Shown here: piece after piece, positions 19,583-31,500 of the stretch
How the letters are laid out: every line of letters begins with the position of its first letter
Numbering within the stretch: position 1 is the stretch's first letter
NCBI GenBank assembly: GCA_963666985.2
Contig: CAXXIA010000002.1
Location: 352,001 to 416,000 of the forward strand
DNA length: 64,000 bases
Direction of reading: 5' to 3'
Origin: Spirochaetia bacterium
GTDB lineage: Bacteria > Spirochaetota > Spirochaetia > DSM-2461
The notes under the pieces: model-generated
What the model was told of the DNA's origin: nothing
What the model saw: the letters and a program-made list of their open reading frames with translations, nothing else
Database searches by the model: none
Program-made: the position numbers and the translations under genes

Positions 19583-20086
19583 ATGGATCTCCACATTGTT
19601 CTGCATGAGCCCGAAATCCCCCAGAATACGGGCAGCATCGGCCGCACCTGTATGGCCATCGGCGCCACCCTGCACCTTATCCGTCCGCTGGGCTTCCTCA
19701 TCGACGATACGAAACTCAAACGTGCGGGTTTGGATTACTGGCACGAATTAAATGTGGAGATTCACGACGACTGGCCGTCCTTTATTGCGTCTCATCCCGA
19801 TGCGCATCCATGGTTCTTCACAACAAAAGCCGGCCGCCGTCACGATCAGGCGTCTTTCGAAGAGAGAAGCTACCTTGTGTTCGGAAAGGAAACGGCCGGA
19901 TTGCCGGAAGGACTCCTTCGCGAGGCACCGGATCGCTGCCTGCGCATTCCCCTCATGTCCCGGGCACGATCTCTGAATCTTTCGGTGGCCGTCGGTATCG
20001 CGGCGTTCGAAGCCCTCAGACAAAACGGCTTTACCGGGCTTTCGGATATCGATCCGGAAGATCGGCTCGGAAACATCGGAACGTAA
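19583..20086 (+). CDS. trmL: tRNA (cytidine/uridine-34 2'-O)-methyltransferase
   Basis: PEIPQNTGSIGRTC, KRAGLDYW, FGKETAGL and RSLNLS SPOUT motifs. Confidence 0.95.
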   Translation: MDLHIVLHEPEIPQNTGSIGRTCMAIGATLHLIRPLGFLIDDTKLKRAGLDYWHELNVEIHDDWPSFIASHPDAHPWFFTTKAGRRHDQASFEERSYLVFGKETAGLPEGLLREAPDRCLRIPLMSRARSLNLSVAVGIAAFEALRQNGFTGLSDIDPEDRLGNIGT

Positions 20087-20162
20087 GGAAGAAATTTGCG
20101 ATATCGGTTTGCGATATCGGAATGAAGAGAAGACCTTTTTCCGGCAATCACCCCTCGCACCG

Positions 20163-20534
20163 TCAGCTTTTCACAAAGACACTTTCAACAACTTCAATGA
20201 GTTTCTCATGTGCTACGGGCTTATCAAGGATGGCAACGGGTCCGGACTTGAGCGCCCGGCGCCGTGTCGCCTCATCGCCGTATGCGGTAATAAAAACAAC
20301 CGGTAACGAACTTTTCACAAGACGTAAGCGTTCGATGGCCTCAATCCCATCGATAAAACCGCCCAGTCGAATATCACAAAGGACGAGATCGGGAGAGTCG
20401 TTTATAACACGACCGACAATATCATCCCCAAATCGAACCATAGGAAGTACTTTATATCCTCGTTGTTCCAGTACGGAAGTAATTTCGAGTCCAATACATA
20501 CCTCATCCTCAACAACGAGAATGGTTTCGTTCAC
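20163..20534 (-). CDS. Single-domain response regulator
   Basis: ILVVEDE, PDLVLCDI, DGIE, FITAY and KP receiver motifs; GTG start. Confidence 0.9.
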   Translation of the reverse strand: MNETILVVEDEVCIGLEITSVLEQRGYKVLPMVRFGDDIVGRVINDSPDLVLCDIRLGGFIDGIEAIERLRLVKSSLPVVFITAYGDEATRRRALKSGPVAILDKPVAHEKLIEVVESVFVKS

Positions 20535-20708
20535 AACCTTCTCCTCCGCGAGATTTTATATTGTGACTTTTTGGTAATTGGGTCTTTTTTTGAGTTTTTA
20601 CCGGATAATCCGGCATTAATACACATTCAATTATATCTTTTATAAAATAAAAAAACAGTAAAACCGGTGAAGTTATAATGGAGAAAATATAGATATTATA
20701 CAAAGAAT

Positions 20709-21743
20709 ATGCAAAAAAGAGAAAAAGACGACAAAGACAAAAAAAGAATCGACTTCAATGAGCATTGGTACGGATCCGCAAGACTCCGGATTCTTGCCTG
20801 CTTTGTATCGTATGGTATCTATGCATCCATAATCTGTGTGCTTGGTGATCGTCTGGGGATTTCCAACAATTATTTCGTTATCCTGCCGATTATTATCGCG
20901 GCCCTGGCCTGGGGAGCCGTCGGAGGAATCATATCGGGGATTCTGGCCCTGCCTTCAAATCTTGCCCTGTTCGCCTTAACCGGACATCTCGGATTCTCAC
21001 CGGCAAGCCTTCTTATCGCCGAGATTTCAGGCACTGTCATCGGCACCACGCTGGGGGTTTTGGGCGATCGGTTCAGACTTCTCGGAGAAGAAATCCTAAG
21101 GCGCAAGGAAATTGAGAAAGAACTCCGCTCCGCTCTGGAGGAACGCAATGTGTTGATACGGGAGATTCAGCACCGCGTAAAGAATAATCTGGGCGTTATT
21201 AAAAGCATGCTCTATCTCATGATGATCCGTACCGAAGAGGTAAACTGCCGCGAGGCTTTTCGGGATATGACGGAAAGGCTTATGTCCATGGCCCTCGTGC
21301 AGGACCAGCTGAGCACGGAAAAATCCCTGAAAGAAACCGTCAATACCAAAGAATACTTAATACAGCTTGTTCGGAATATTACACACAGCCGGGCCGAAAT
21401 CAGCGCGGAAGTTCTCATGGACATCCCCGAAGATATTCCGCCTCTGCACATGGACCGCATCACGCCGCTGGGGATTCTCATCAACGAAGTTATAACCAAC
21501 GCGTATAAACACGCATTCCCGGGGATAAACAATCCGACTCTTTCCATCAGCGCCACGCTATTTGAAGGAGAACTTGTTATCATTATTGCAGACAACGGTC
21601 CGGGGTACGACGGAGCAATCGACAAAAAGCATTTAGGCCGAACGCTTATCGACGCATTGGCATCACAAATTCACGGTTTTGTCTTTTTCGATCGTGATTC
21701 CGGAACACGTGTTATCATCCGCTTTCCCGTGGAAATTCACTAG
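20709..21743 (+). CDS. Membrane sensor histidine kinase (HisKA_2/HWE type)
   Basis: N-terminal TM helices, EIQHRVKNNL, NEVITNAYKHAF, DNGPG. Confidence 0.9.
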   Translation: MQKREKDDKDKKRIDFNEHWYGSARLRILACFVSYGIYASIICVLGDRLGISNNYFVILPIIIAALAWGAVGGIISGILALPSNLALFALTGHLGFSPASLLIAEISGTVIGTTLGVLGDRFRLLGEEILRRKEIEKELRSALEERNVLIREIQHRVKNNLGVIKSMLYLMMIRTEEVNCREAFRDMTERLMSMALVQDQLSTEKSLKETVNTKEYLIQLVRNITHSRAEISAEVLMDIPEDIPPLHMDRITPLGILINEVITNAYKHAFPGINNPTLSISATLFEGELVIIIADNGPGYDGAIDKKHLGRTLIDALASQIHGFVFFDRDSGTRVIIRFPVEIH

Positions 21744-21850
21744 CCGCGATAGATACCGAAAAGTAAGCGGTCAAATACTATCATTTATGAACTTGACTTC
21801 AGGATTCTCCGCGAAAGATAATTAGTCATATATTTTTAGAAGGAGAGACT

Positions 21851-22450
21851 ATGAAGAAAGTAATCGGTATTGTCCTTATTCTCATTATGGCCGCCGCATC
21901 GCTTTCCGCTCTTGAATTCACCGTCGGACCGAAGGTTATGCTGGGAGATATGAGTTATAATGGCGACGGTTTTCTCGGAGACAACAAGATGTCGCTGTTT
22001 TTTGCCGGCGGGGCGTTCGCCAACATCCAACTGACATCGTTAATCGGCATTCAGCCTGAAATCTATTTAAATTACACTTCGTTGAAGTATGATTTTGCCG
22101 GTAATGAAATCGTTGTTCATTATCCGGTTTTAAGCATCCCGATCTATGCTCGATTCAACTTTGATGTGGCGAATATCGGCGTGTATGCCCTCGCGGGCGT
22201 CAGATTCGATCTTAATATCTCCGATGAAGCGAAAGTTAAGACCAACGGTTCTTCCGGAACGGGTGACATCAGCGACTACAATTTCATAGTACTGGGCGCG
22301 GCCGGCGGCGCCGGAGTCAGTCTGCCCATCGGCCCGGGGGTTCTGGACGCGGGCTTGGGCATCTTCTACGGTTTTACTGAATTCTCGGATGGTTTGGATG
22401 CTTCCTATTGGGATATCGACGTTCAGGTAGGCTACGGCTTCTCGCTGTAA
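21851..22450 (+). CDS. Outer-membrane beta-barrel (porin-like) protein
   Basis: Signal peptide, IGIQPEIYL, alternating beta strands, C-terminal VGYGFSL; AGGAG RBS. Confidence 0.8.
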   Translation: MKKVIGIVLILIMAAASLSALEFTVGPKVMLGDMSYNGDGFLGDNKMSLFFAGGAFANIQLTSLIGIQPEIYLNYTSLKYDFAGNEIVVHYPVLSIPIYARFNFDVANIGVYALAGVRFDLNISDEAKVKTNGSSGTGDISDYNFIVLGAAGGAGVSLPIGPGVLDAGLGIFYGFTEFSDGLDASYWDIDVQVGYGFSL

Positions 22451-22475
22451 TTTCTTCGGGTTTCAGATCCGATCC

Positions 22476-22502
22476 AAGCCGCCCTGAGCCGGGCGGCTTT
22501 TT
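22476..22502 (+). terminator. Rho-independent terminator
   Basis: AAGCCGCCC-tgagcc-GGGCGGCTT followed by a T-run. Confidence 0.8.
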
Positions 22503-22557
22503 CATGCCTGTACAGTGTCCGGCATTATTAACGGTGAGGCCGCGGATAAGCCGTGCT

Positions 22558-24297
22558 CTAAAACAGTCCTGTTATTCTGCCCGTCGAGGTATCGATATCG
22601 ATGCCCATGAAAGCCGGTTTGGAACTTAAGCCCGGCATGGTGCGGATATCGCCCGCCAACGGATAAATAAAGCCGGCGCCTGCGCTGAGACGGGCATCGG
22701 TTATCGGAAAAGTAAAGCCTTCGGGGGCGTTCTTCAGCGACGGATCGTGGCTTAGGGAAAGATGGGTTTTCGCCACGCAAACGGGAAGATTCCCGAAACC
22801 GGCTTCCGCGAAACGTGCCAGAGCATCCTCCGCTTCCGGTGAGAACACCACGTTCCCGGCTTTGTATATCTTGTCGGCGATGATTTCGATTTTCTCCCGA
22901 GGCGAGGCTTCAAGACTGTAAAGGTAATGGAAATTCTTCGCGACGGAGCAAGCTCTTTCCACGGCTTCGGCCAAAGCGGCGGCGCCCTCTCCGCCGTCGG
23001 CATGGTGAGTGCTTACCACGGCCTCGGCGGCACCGGCTTTCAGAGCCGCTTCCAAAACAATGTTCCGTTCGGCTTCCGTGTCGGTCGGAAAAGCATTCAG
23101 CGCGACCACGCAGGGAACACCGAAAAGAACGACATTCGCGATATGGCGTCTCAGATTCTCCAATCCGGCCCGAACCAATTCGATATTTTCGGATGTATAT
23201 GCCGCATCCGGGGAGCGGCCCGGCACGACCTTGGGGCCGCCTCCGTGCATTTTAAGGGCGCGAACCGTAGCCACCAGAACAACGGCGTCGGGAACCAGAC
23301 CGGATGTTCGGCACTTGATATCGAAGAATTTCTCCATGCCGATGTCCGATCCGAAACCGGATTCCGTAATCAAGTAGTCGGCGTATCCGGCGGCCGCCAT
23401 GTCGGCGATAACGGAAGAATTCCCGTGGGCGATATTGGCAAAGGGGCCGGTATGGATAAAAGCCGCCTGACCTTCCAGTGTTTGGAGCAAATTAGGGTTA
23501 AGAGCGTCTTTCAGTAAAACCGTCATGGCCCCGGCGACGCCGAAATCTTCCGCGGTGAGCATACGGCCTTTCTTATCAAGGGCCATAACCATGGCGCCGA
23601 TGCGCCTGCGCATATCCGGCAAATCTTTCGAAAGGGCCAGAATGGCCATGAGTTCGCTGGCCACGGCGATATCGAAACCGGTCTGCCGAATCGGACCGTC
23701 GGCGGCATCTCCGAGACCCGTTATAATGTTCCTCAAGGAGCGGTCGTTCATGTCCACCACCCGGCGCCAGTTCACCGCGTGGGGATTCACGGAAAGCCGC
23801 TCGAGTCCCTGCTTGGCCAAATAGGAATCTCCCCAGCGCCCTTCATGATAGATTCGCGCATCCACGGCGGCGGCTCCGAGATTGTGAGCGGCACAAACGG
23901 CGTGGATATCGCCGGTGAGGTGAAGGTTTATCTCTTCCATGGGAAGAACCTGACTGCGGCCGCCGCCGGCCGCGCCGCCTTTGATGCCGAAAGTGGGGCC
24001 CATGGACGGCTGACGGATGGCGCAAGCCGCCTTGCGGCCGAGATAGCCCAAGCCTTGAGTAAGACCGACGGTCGTTGTGGTTTTTCCTTCTCCCAGCGGT
24101 GTGGGCGTGATGGCGGTTACGTCAATGTAGCGGGCTCTCGGTGCGGCGAAAGCGGGACAAAGCGAAGGGCGAAGCTTCGCCAAGGCTGTTCCATAGGAAA
24201 TGAGAGCCTCTTCCGGAATTCCGTATTCGGCGGCGATTTCGGTAATGGGCTTCACTTCGGCGGACTGAGCGATTTCAAGATCGGATTTCATAGGCAT
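22558..24297 (-). CDS. fhs: Formate--tetrahydrofolate ligase
   Basis: TAITPTPLGEGKTTT, GIKGGAAGGG, HTGPFANIAHGNSS, TMPGL. Confidence 0.96.
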   Translation of the reverse strand: MPMKSDLEIAQSAEVKPITEIAAEYGIPEEALISYGTALAKLRPSLCPAFAAPRARYIDVTAITPTPLGEGKTTTTVGLTQGLGYLGRKAACAIRQPSMGPTFGIKGGAAGGGRSQVLPMEEINLHLTGDIHAVCAAHNLGAAAVDARIYHEGRWGDSYLAKQGLERLSVNPHAVNWRRVVDMNDRSLRNIITGLGDAADGPIRQTGFDIAVASELMAILALSKDLPDMRRRIGAMVMALDKKGRMLTAEDFGVAGAMTVLLKDALNPNLLQTLEGQAAFIHTGPFANIAHGNSSVIADMAAAGYADYLITESGFGSDIGMEKFFDIKCRTSGLVPDAVVLVATVRALKMHGGGPKVVPGRSPDAAYTSENIELVRAGLENLRRHIANVVLFGVPCVVALNAFPTDTEAERNIVLEAALKAGAAEAVVSTHHADGGEGAAALAEAVERACSVAKNFHYLYSLEASPREKIEIIADKIYKAGNVVFSPEAEDALARFAEAGFGNLPVCVAKTHLSLSHDPSLKNAPEGFTFPITDARLSAGAGFIYPLAGDIRTMPGLSSKPAFMGIDIDTSTGRITGLF

Positions 24298-24471
24298 AAC
24301 ACATCGGTCTCCCAATGAAATGATTCCCGAATTTTCAACAAAAATGTCGGATATACGGGATGTCCAGTATCACAACCGATCACATTCGGGGTCAATAAAA
24401 AAAAGAGGACTCCAAGGCGATTTCAATAAACAAGAAGAGAGCTCATCAGCTCATTCCCTCTTTTTCCCGCT

Positions 24472-27400
24472 TCAGCGCAGCCAATTCGGAACGAAAACCT
24501 GCAGCTGCCGGATACCGTCGCCGTCGGCGATGAAAGCCCGATCCTCTTCGATATCGCCGGAGAGAGCGAACACATCGGGACAGCGGGAAAGAAGAACAGG
24601 ACGTTCCGGCCGGGTTATGTCGTAGAGCATAAAACCGTGGATTCCCCCGGAGAGAAACAGGCGGCGGCCCGAGTTGTCGAATCCGGCACAAGCCATGGAA
24701 GGATAGGCAAGAGATTCAATGGGGGTAAGGTTCCCCGAACCGTCGTTTTTCAAAAGCGTAACGCCGTCCGCATTCGTGGCGGCCGCGATTCCATCCGAAG
24801 CGGCCAAATGGAAAACACCGGGGAAGCGGATCCGGGAGATTTCTTGGGGAGGGCCGCCGGGCAGCCGCACAAAGCCGACGATGTCCTTTCCGTCGGAGGC
24901 GTACAAATAATTGCCGTCGGCCGCAACGGCGCGGCATCCGGGTAAATCGGCCGTTCCGACGATATGGGGCTCTTCGCTGCCTTCGGGACCTTCGGAAATC
25001 ATAACCAAACCGGAATCGGAAGAGGCGGCATAAAGGGCGTCGGCTGCGTTTACGATATCGGAAATCCGGCCGAGGTTTTCAAAAACAACCACCGGCTCTC
25101 CGACCGTTTGATCCGGCGATTCTCCTCGCCGATACACTCTGAGTCCCGAGATTCCGTCGGCGACGAAAAGCCAGGGACCGCGAACGGCTGTTTTCTCGGC
25201 GTAATCCGTTTCCAAATCCGCTACCGGTTCCAAAGAGCGGGCATCCAGAATGTGAACACCGCCTGCATGGGCCGAGACGTACAAATGTTCTCCATACCGC
25301 ATAAGATCGTAGGAGCGGCCGGGAAGATCGCGGCCGAGAAGAACGTAAGACTGACCGGTCAGAAATGTTCGGTAGACTTCCAGCCCTTCCCGCGTGGTTA
25401 CCAGGATATCATCGCCGTGCACCGCGAACGAATAAGATCCTTCCATCTCTATCGAATCGAAGATTGAAGGCTTTTGCGGGATTCTGATGTCGACGACATG
25501 AAGGGTTTGCTCTCCCAGGGCCAAGGCGAAGTCGCCCATCAGACAGATTCGGGAGGCGTTTACATCCGGAAGATGGGAAAGGATTTTCGGCGAATCCGGC
25601 CGGGAAACGTCAATAAGAACCAAGCCGCCGGTTCGGCCGGAAGCGGCCAGCAATCCGCCGCGCAGAGTGAGCGAACGAAGGGTACCGCTTTCAAGGGAGG
25701 AGAGGATTTTCGGCGATGAAGGATCGGCCGCATCAAGAATGACTAATCCTTTGTTTTCGGTGGCAAGATAAACAGTCCGGCCGCTGACGAGAAGATCTTG
25801 TCCGACAAGACCTTCGGTGGCCGAAATCCGCAAGGGAGATTGCGGATTGGAAATATCCAGGATTCTCAGTCCCTTCTCCCTGTCGGCCGCATAAACATAA
25901 TTTCCTTCCACTCCTACGGCCGCGGCGTCTCCGGCTTTTCGGGAACCGACGAGGAAGGGGTGGACCGGATCGCTGATGTTCACGATACGGATGCCCTCTT
26001 CGCCGGATGCGACATAGGCGTAATCTCCGCGAACCGCGATATCCAGTGCTCCGGAAAAACTCAGCGTTCCGGAAACACCGGGACGCGTGGATTCGGTGAT
26101 ATCGTATAAAAAGAGACCTTCATCGAACGCGGCGACATAGGCGTAATCCCCGACAACGGTGATTCCGGCATTCTCCTGCCCGCTTACCCGCGCCAATTTT
26201 TCCAGCCGGGCTTCCTGCTGAGCCAGCGTGGAACCTTTTGAAGCACGGCTGATTTCATCGGGAAATGCCGCGGGAGCCGCGGCGTACCAGTATTCCGTTC
26301 CATACTCAACTCCGGTATCAAGGAACGGAGATTGCGTCAGGTTCTCCGCGATAAGTTCCATCGGTCCCTCGGGATTCCGGGAACGGTAGAGACAATAACG
26401 TTCACTTCCCTGAATGGGATTCCAAGAAACACGGATTCGGCGATACTCGCCCGAGACTTCCGGACGGAGGGTTTCCGGTGATAAGGGGATAACCGAAACT
26501 TCATGCGAGCTGAAGCGGCCGCGGGCCGTCGAGGCTTCCAGCCGGAAACGATACAGGCGGCCGTTCTCAAGCCGAGGGACTTCTACGGGGCCGGCCGCGG
26601 CGGAATACCGCTTAACGGCATTCCGATCTCCCGAAACAACCAATTCGTAGCCTTCGGCAGTAGGCAGAGGATTCCAGGATGCCAGGGCTTTTCCGTCGGA
26701 AGAACGGACATTGAAATCGGGTATGGCGCTTTTCCCCTGTTTTAAAATGACGGATTCGGTTCGGGTGCGTCCGTTTTTTCCGGTTATCAGCAGAGTGATT
26801 CTCTGGCGTCCCTGAAGTTCGTCGGTGAAGATCGGCAAATCAAACCCGCCGTCGGCGTTTATGGGGATTTCCCCCGAAAGAAGACCGTCTCTGGTTTTAG
26901 CCTCGGTTCCCAGGATTTCGTAGGAAAGCGATTCAATACCGCCGAGTTCTTCCGAATCCCGGTAGGGATCGATAATGCGGCCCCGGAGTCTTATGGCGGC
27001 TCCATACTCGTCGCTGCCGCTCGGCCCGGAGAGAACAATGGACGGAGAAAGCCGGCCGTCCGCCAAGGAGCATTCGCGCCGAGTGACATTCCCGTTCAGG
27101 TCCTTGGCGACAACGCGAAAGGTTTGATTTCCCTCAACCTCTCCCATATCGACATTAAAGCGGAATGTTCCGTCGGGATTAAAAAAGATCGGTCGGAGTG
27201 TATCGGCTTCTCCTGAAAGACTCCAGGAAAGAGAGGCCACTTCATCAATGCCGGGAAGGTCGGTCGATCCGGGTCCGACCCGTCCGGCCACTTCAAGCGA
27301 GTCTCCGTAATAGGCTCCGTTTACGGGAGACGAGAAATCGACGGCCGGTCCTTCTCCGTCATTGTACAAATCGATAACCGCGGAGGCTTCGGCCTCGGTT

Positions 27401-28503
27401 CCTTCTCCCGCGGTAACGACAATCGTCAAATCGTCCCGGAATCCGGTCGCGGGAACGGAAAATGAAAACAATCCGTTCTCATCGGTTTCCACCGTATCGC
27501 CGCCGTTTATGGCTTTCGCCCTCCAGGAGACGGACGAAGAAGGAGCGAAACGGCCTTCTACGGTAACGAAGGAATGATAAAACTCGCCGCTGAGCGGTGT
27601 GTTGATTACAAGGCGGCCGTCTTCGGAATCGGCCCGGACCAGAGGTTTGGGCGCCGGCCGGGGCTCAGGTTCACGCTCGATTACGGGAGCGGGTTTAACT
27701 TCGGCGACGGGCTCGGGCTGAACAATCGGTGCGGGCTCGGGATCGACGACAGGCGCGAGGACGAGTGCCGGTTCCTCAATCCGGGCCGGTTCTGATTCCG
27801 GCTCGATTTCAGGCGCCGGCTCGGCACTTGGTTCAAGGGGAGGCGCGGGTGCCGGTTCGGATTCGGCCGGCGGGACGAGGGCGATAACCGGCTCTTCCTT
27901 CTTCGCTTCCGCCGGAAACGGAGATTCCCCCTCGTCCTTTTCAGGGGCGTTCTTCACCACTTCCCCGGCGGATGGAAGCACGGCTTCCGGTTCATCGTTA
28001 TCCGGTTCTTTGCGGATAGGACCTTTCTCGGCGACATCCGGACGATAAGGACGCACCGAAATGAAAGGTACGAAATCATCGGGATATTCAAAGGGAGATT
28101 CCGAGTCGCCGCCGGTGCGCGTTATACCCCCGGAGAGAACGGGTTGAGTGCTATTCTCGGCGGCGGTAATTTCCGCCGCGGATTCCACCGAGAAATCGGT
28201 CTGCTCAGATTCCTTATCCGAAGGAATAAACACCTCTGCCGCCGAAATTTCGGCGGCAGATCCGCCGGAGGTCTCCGGAATAAGAATCTCTTTGATTTCA
28301 CCCGGTTCCGACTCGGCGGACGAAGCGATTTCAGATTCCGGATCGTCAAAAACATGTTCACTCTCATCTTCCGCCGAATAGACAATGGCCGGATCCTCAA
28401 CCTTGGAAGACGGTCCGCAGCCTAAAAATAAGATTCCGGCGGAAAGGGCCAGAGCGAAAAGAAAAAGACCGAATAAAAGCCCTCGGAGACGTCCGCCCAT
28501 CAT
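24472..28503 (-). CDS. Large lipoprotein: Pro/Glu-rich stalk, Ig-like and FN3-like domains, C-terminal LVIVD beta-propeller repeats
   Basis: Lipobox LFLGC; PEP-rich region; repeated (V/I)xGDYAYVA...GLxIxDIS.P motifs. Confidence 0.75.
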   Translation of the reverse strand: MMGGRLRGLLFGLFLFALALSAGILFLGCGPSSKVEDPAIVYSAEDESEHVFDDPESEIASSAESEPGEIKEILIPETSGGSAAEISAAEVFIPSDKESEQTDFSVESAAEITAAENSTQPVLSGGITRTGGDSESPFEYPDDFVPFISVRPYRPDVAEKGPIRKEPDNDEPEAVLPSAGEVVKNAPEKDEGESPFPAEAKKEEPVIALVPPAESEPAPAPPLEPSAEPAPEIEPESEPARIEEPALVLAPVVDPEPAPIVQPEPVAEVKPAPVIEREPEPRPAPKPLVRADSEDGRLVINTPLSGEFYHSFVTVEGRFAPSSSVSWRAKAINGGDTVETDENGLFSFSVPATGFRDDLTIVVTAGEGTEAEASAVIDLYNDGEGPAVDFSSPVNGAYYGDSLEVAGRVGPGSTDLPGIDEVASLSWSLSGEADTLRPIFFNPDGTFRFNVDMGEVEGNQTFRVVAKDLNGNVTRRECSLADGRLSPSIVLSGPSGSDEYGAAIRLRGRIIDPYRDSEELGGIESLSYEILGTEAKTRDGLLSGEIPINADGGFDLPIFTDELQGRQRITLLITGKNGRTRTESVILKQGKSAIPDFNVRSSDGKALASWNPLPTAEGYELVVSGDRNAVKRYSAAAGPVEVPRLENGRLYRFRLEASTARGRFSSHEVSVIPLSPETLRPEVSGEYRRIRVSWNPIQGSERYCLYRSRNPEGPMELIAENLTQSPFLDTGVEYGTEYWYAAAPAAFPDEISRASKGSTLAQQEARLEKLARVSGQENAGITVVGDYAYVAAFDEGLFLYDITESTRPGVSGTLSFSGALDIAVRGDYAYVASGEEGIRIVNISDPVHPFLVGSRKAGDAAAVGVEGNYVYAADREKGLRILDISNPQSPLRISATEGLVGQDLLVSGRTVYLATENKGLVILDAADPSSPKILSSLESGTLRSLTLRGGLLAASGRTGGLVLIDVSRPDSPKILSHLPDVNASRICLMGDFALALGEQTLHVVDIRIPQKPSIFDSIEMEGSYSFAVHGDDILVTTREGLEVYRTFLTGQSYVLLGRDLPGRSYDLMRYGEHLYVSAHAGGVHILDARSLEPVADLETDYAEKTAVRGPWLFVADGISGLRVYRRGESPDQTVGEPVVVFENLGRISDIVNAADALYAASSDSGLVMISEGPEGSEEPHIVGTADLPGCRAVAADGNYLYASDGKDIVGFVRLPGGPPQEISRIRFPGVFHLAASDGIAAATNADGVTLLKNDGSGNLTPIESLAYPSMACAGFDNSGRRLFLSGGIHGFMLYDITRPERPVLLSRCPDVFALSGDIEEDRAFIADGDGIRQLQVFVPNWLR

Positions 28504-31500
28504 TCGGTGACCGATGTGATCGTCGTATTATCGGTCGCGGAACCTTCGTTGCCCGCGGCATCTTCAGCCGTTACGGAAATTGTGAGGGGGGAAACAGCAG
28601 CGGCCGGTACATAGGTAGCCGTCCAGGCGCTCCCGCTGTAACCGACACTCGCGGCCGAAGCCGTTCCGGAAGCCGTACTAAAGGTAACGTTGCTCGTATC
28701 CAATCCGGCTGTTATGGCCGTGCCGCCGTCCGTAACGGTAAAGGTTACGGTTATCGTGGTTCCAGCCGAAACGGAACCGGTCGGCGAGATGCCGGTGATG
28801 GTAACCGTCGGAGGCGTCGTATCAACGATCGCGATTGTTTCGGTATCGCTGCCTTCATTGCCCGCGCTGTCCTCCGCCGTCACGACAATAGCGAAGGAAG
28901 ATGATGTCGCGGTCGGTGTATAGGTGGCCTTCCAGGCGCTGTCGGTCGAGCTGTAGCCGACACTCGCGGCGGCATTCCCTCCGAAGGTAACGTTGCTCGT
29001 ATTCAAGCCGCTTGTAACGGCCGTAGAGCCGTCCACGACGGTAAAGGTAACGGTGATTAACGTTCCAACCTCGACGGTTCCCCCCGAGGGCGAAACACCC
29101 GTAATCGTCACAACCGGAGGCGTCGTATCGACGATCGCGATTGTTTCGGTATCGCTGCCTTCATTGCCCGCGCTGTCCTCCGCCGTCACGACAATAGCGA
29201 AGGAAGATGATGTCGCGGTCGGTGTGTACGCGGCCGTCCAAACACCGCTGCCGTAGCCGACACTCGCGGCGGCATTCCCTCCGAAGGTAACGTTGCTCGT
29301 ATTCAAGCCGCTTGTAACGGCCGTAGAGCCGTCCACGACGGTAAAGGTAACGGTGATTAACGTTCCAACCTCGACGGTTCCCCCCGAGGGCGAGATGCCC
29401 GTAATCGTCACAACCGGAGGCGTCGTGTCGACGATTGATGTGATGCTTGTGCTGTTTGTTACGGAATTTTGGTTCCCAAGAAAATCATCGGCCGTCACCT
29501 TAATCGCCAGGGCACTTGATTGCACCGTGGTCGGTGTGTATGTGGCCGTCCATACACCGCTGCCGTAGCCGACACTCGCGGCGGAAGCTCCCCCGAATGT
29601 AACGGTGATATCATCAGAGTCCGTTATGTTCGTACCGTCGTCTTTAGCCGTGAAGGTTACCGTAACCACTGTTCCGGCTTCAACGGCTCCGGTCGGCGAA
29701 ACATTGGTGATGGAAATCGTCGGTCCTGTGTAATCAAGAGTCAGCACATCTTCGTCATGGAAAGCGCCGTCGGAGGAAGCATTCCCCGCCACATCGGCAT
29801 ACGTAAATTCATAATCAACCGAGCCTTCGGCGTGGCTTGAATCGTTTATTGTCAGCGATCCGGAATAAACACCGTCGGTTCCTGTGGCGGATAAGGTGAT
29901 TTCCTCAGTGTCTCCGCCATCGAAGATCAACAGAAATTCGGAAGCCGATAGATCCAAAACACGGCCGACGTCAACGGTAATTCCAAGGTCATCGCCGCTC
30001 ACGGCGTAATCGGAATAGGCGGCGTTGTCCGTATTCTCAACGACGATATCGATATCGGCATCATCGGGAACATCATGGTAATACACGACAGGCGAATATT
30101 GAGCATCACCGCTGAGTGTTTCATCGATGGAAGTGGAATTGCCCAAAACATCTTCCGCCGTAATGGTAAACGGAATATTGGAATTGTTGTATGAATCATA
30201 CTGACTTGAATTGGCGTTTTTCGACGGGAGTGTGTAAGACGCCGTCCAGAGGCTCCCGCTCAAGGTGGGCGTAATGCTGTCCTCACCGATGGTTACCGTC
30301 GGAACGTCGCTCGTGTCGTATCCGGATAGAGAGTCGGTAACGGTGAATTGGATTTCCACCGTTTCACCGTAATGGGCGTAAGCATCTCCGTCGCCCACGT
30401 TGAAATCGGTTATATCGATGACCGGACCGTTATTGTCTGCGTAAACCGTAATGCTCTGCTGAGAATAATCGCTTCCACTGCTCGAAGCCGCTTTAGCCGT
30501 CAGAGTCACATTGGAACTGTGAGAGGAAAGATTAATGGAACCGGTAACATACTGAGTGGAAGAATCATAGGTGAATCCCGACGTCTGTTCCGTCGTCGTC
30601 CCCGACGAAGCGGCCGTGAGATAGAAATCATACAGATCCGTATAACCCGGTTCGGACCAGATTTCAAAATCGACGCTCGGTGCGTTCGATGTGGAAAAAT
30701 ACGTTCGGGGGGACGATGTCGGGCTGACAATGGACAGCTGAACCGTTCCGTCGTTCTTGGATAAATAATCGCCGTCTTCATAGCCGTGTCCGTTGCGGTC
30801 TTCCGCCCCTACCGTAATATTCAGAGATGAAGGAACGGTCGACGGAAGAGTCATGACGGCGGAAAATGTCCGGGCGGCAATATTCAGTTCAAAATCAAAT
30901 CCCTGGGATTTGCTGCTATGCACGGAGATGGTCCCGGTTTCTCCGCTGTCCACGGCGGCGGCGACATCAAGATAAACTTCGCTTTCATCCACGCCGAGTT
31001 CCGGTATATCCAAAGTCAGAAGGGAAACCTCATCAAGATCCGTCGCGCCGCCGATATAATCCTCATAAGAATTACCGACGATTCCGGTTATCGATATTTC
31101 ATCCCCTCCCACATAGGTTGATGAGGCAAAACCGTCCAAAACGATATAGGGACCGTCGCTTTCCCTTAAGGTGATATTCGTGGACGATTCGTTCCCATTA
31201 AAATCCACGGCGGTAATATCAATCTGCATGCTGCTGGAACTGAAGTCGTTTGTATCCATTTCGAACGAAAAATCACCGGTGGAAGCATTGAAGTCGATCA
31301 AAACTTCGCCCTTGCTTGTAACCTGTGTAACGTTTCCTTCGGTATCGACGGTGATGTATCCGCAGTACTGCAAAAGGGAACTGGCCGTAAACGAAAGTGA
31401 ACTGACGGAGCCCTTCCCGTCTCCGGATGTTATGGCGTCGTCCTCTATCGTTCCTTCTACGATCACCGTTGAATAATAATTGCTGTTGTCGTCGGGTGAA

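Noticed and set aside
24300..24470. THF or ZTP riboswitch upstream of fhs
   Set aside because: No recognisable conserved motifs by eye; not tested with a covariance model.
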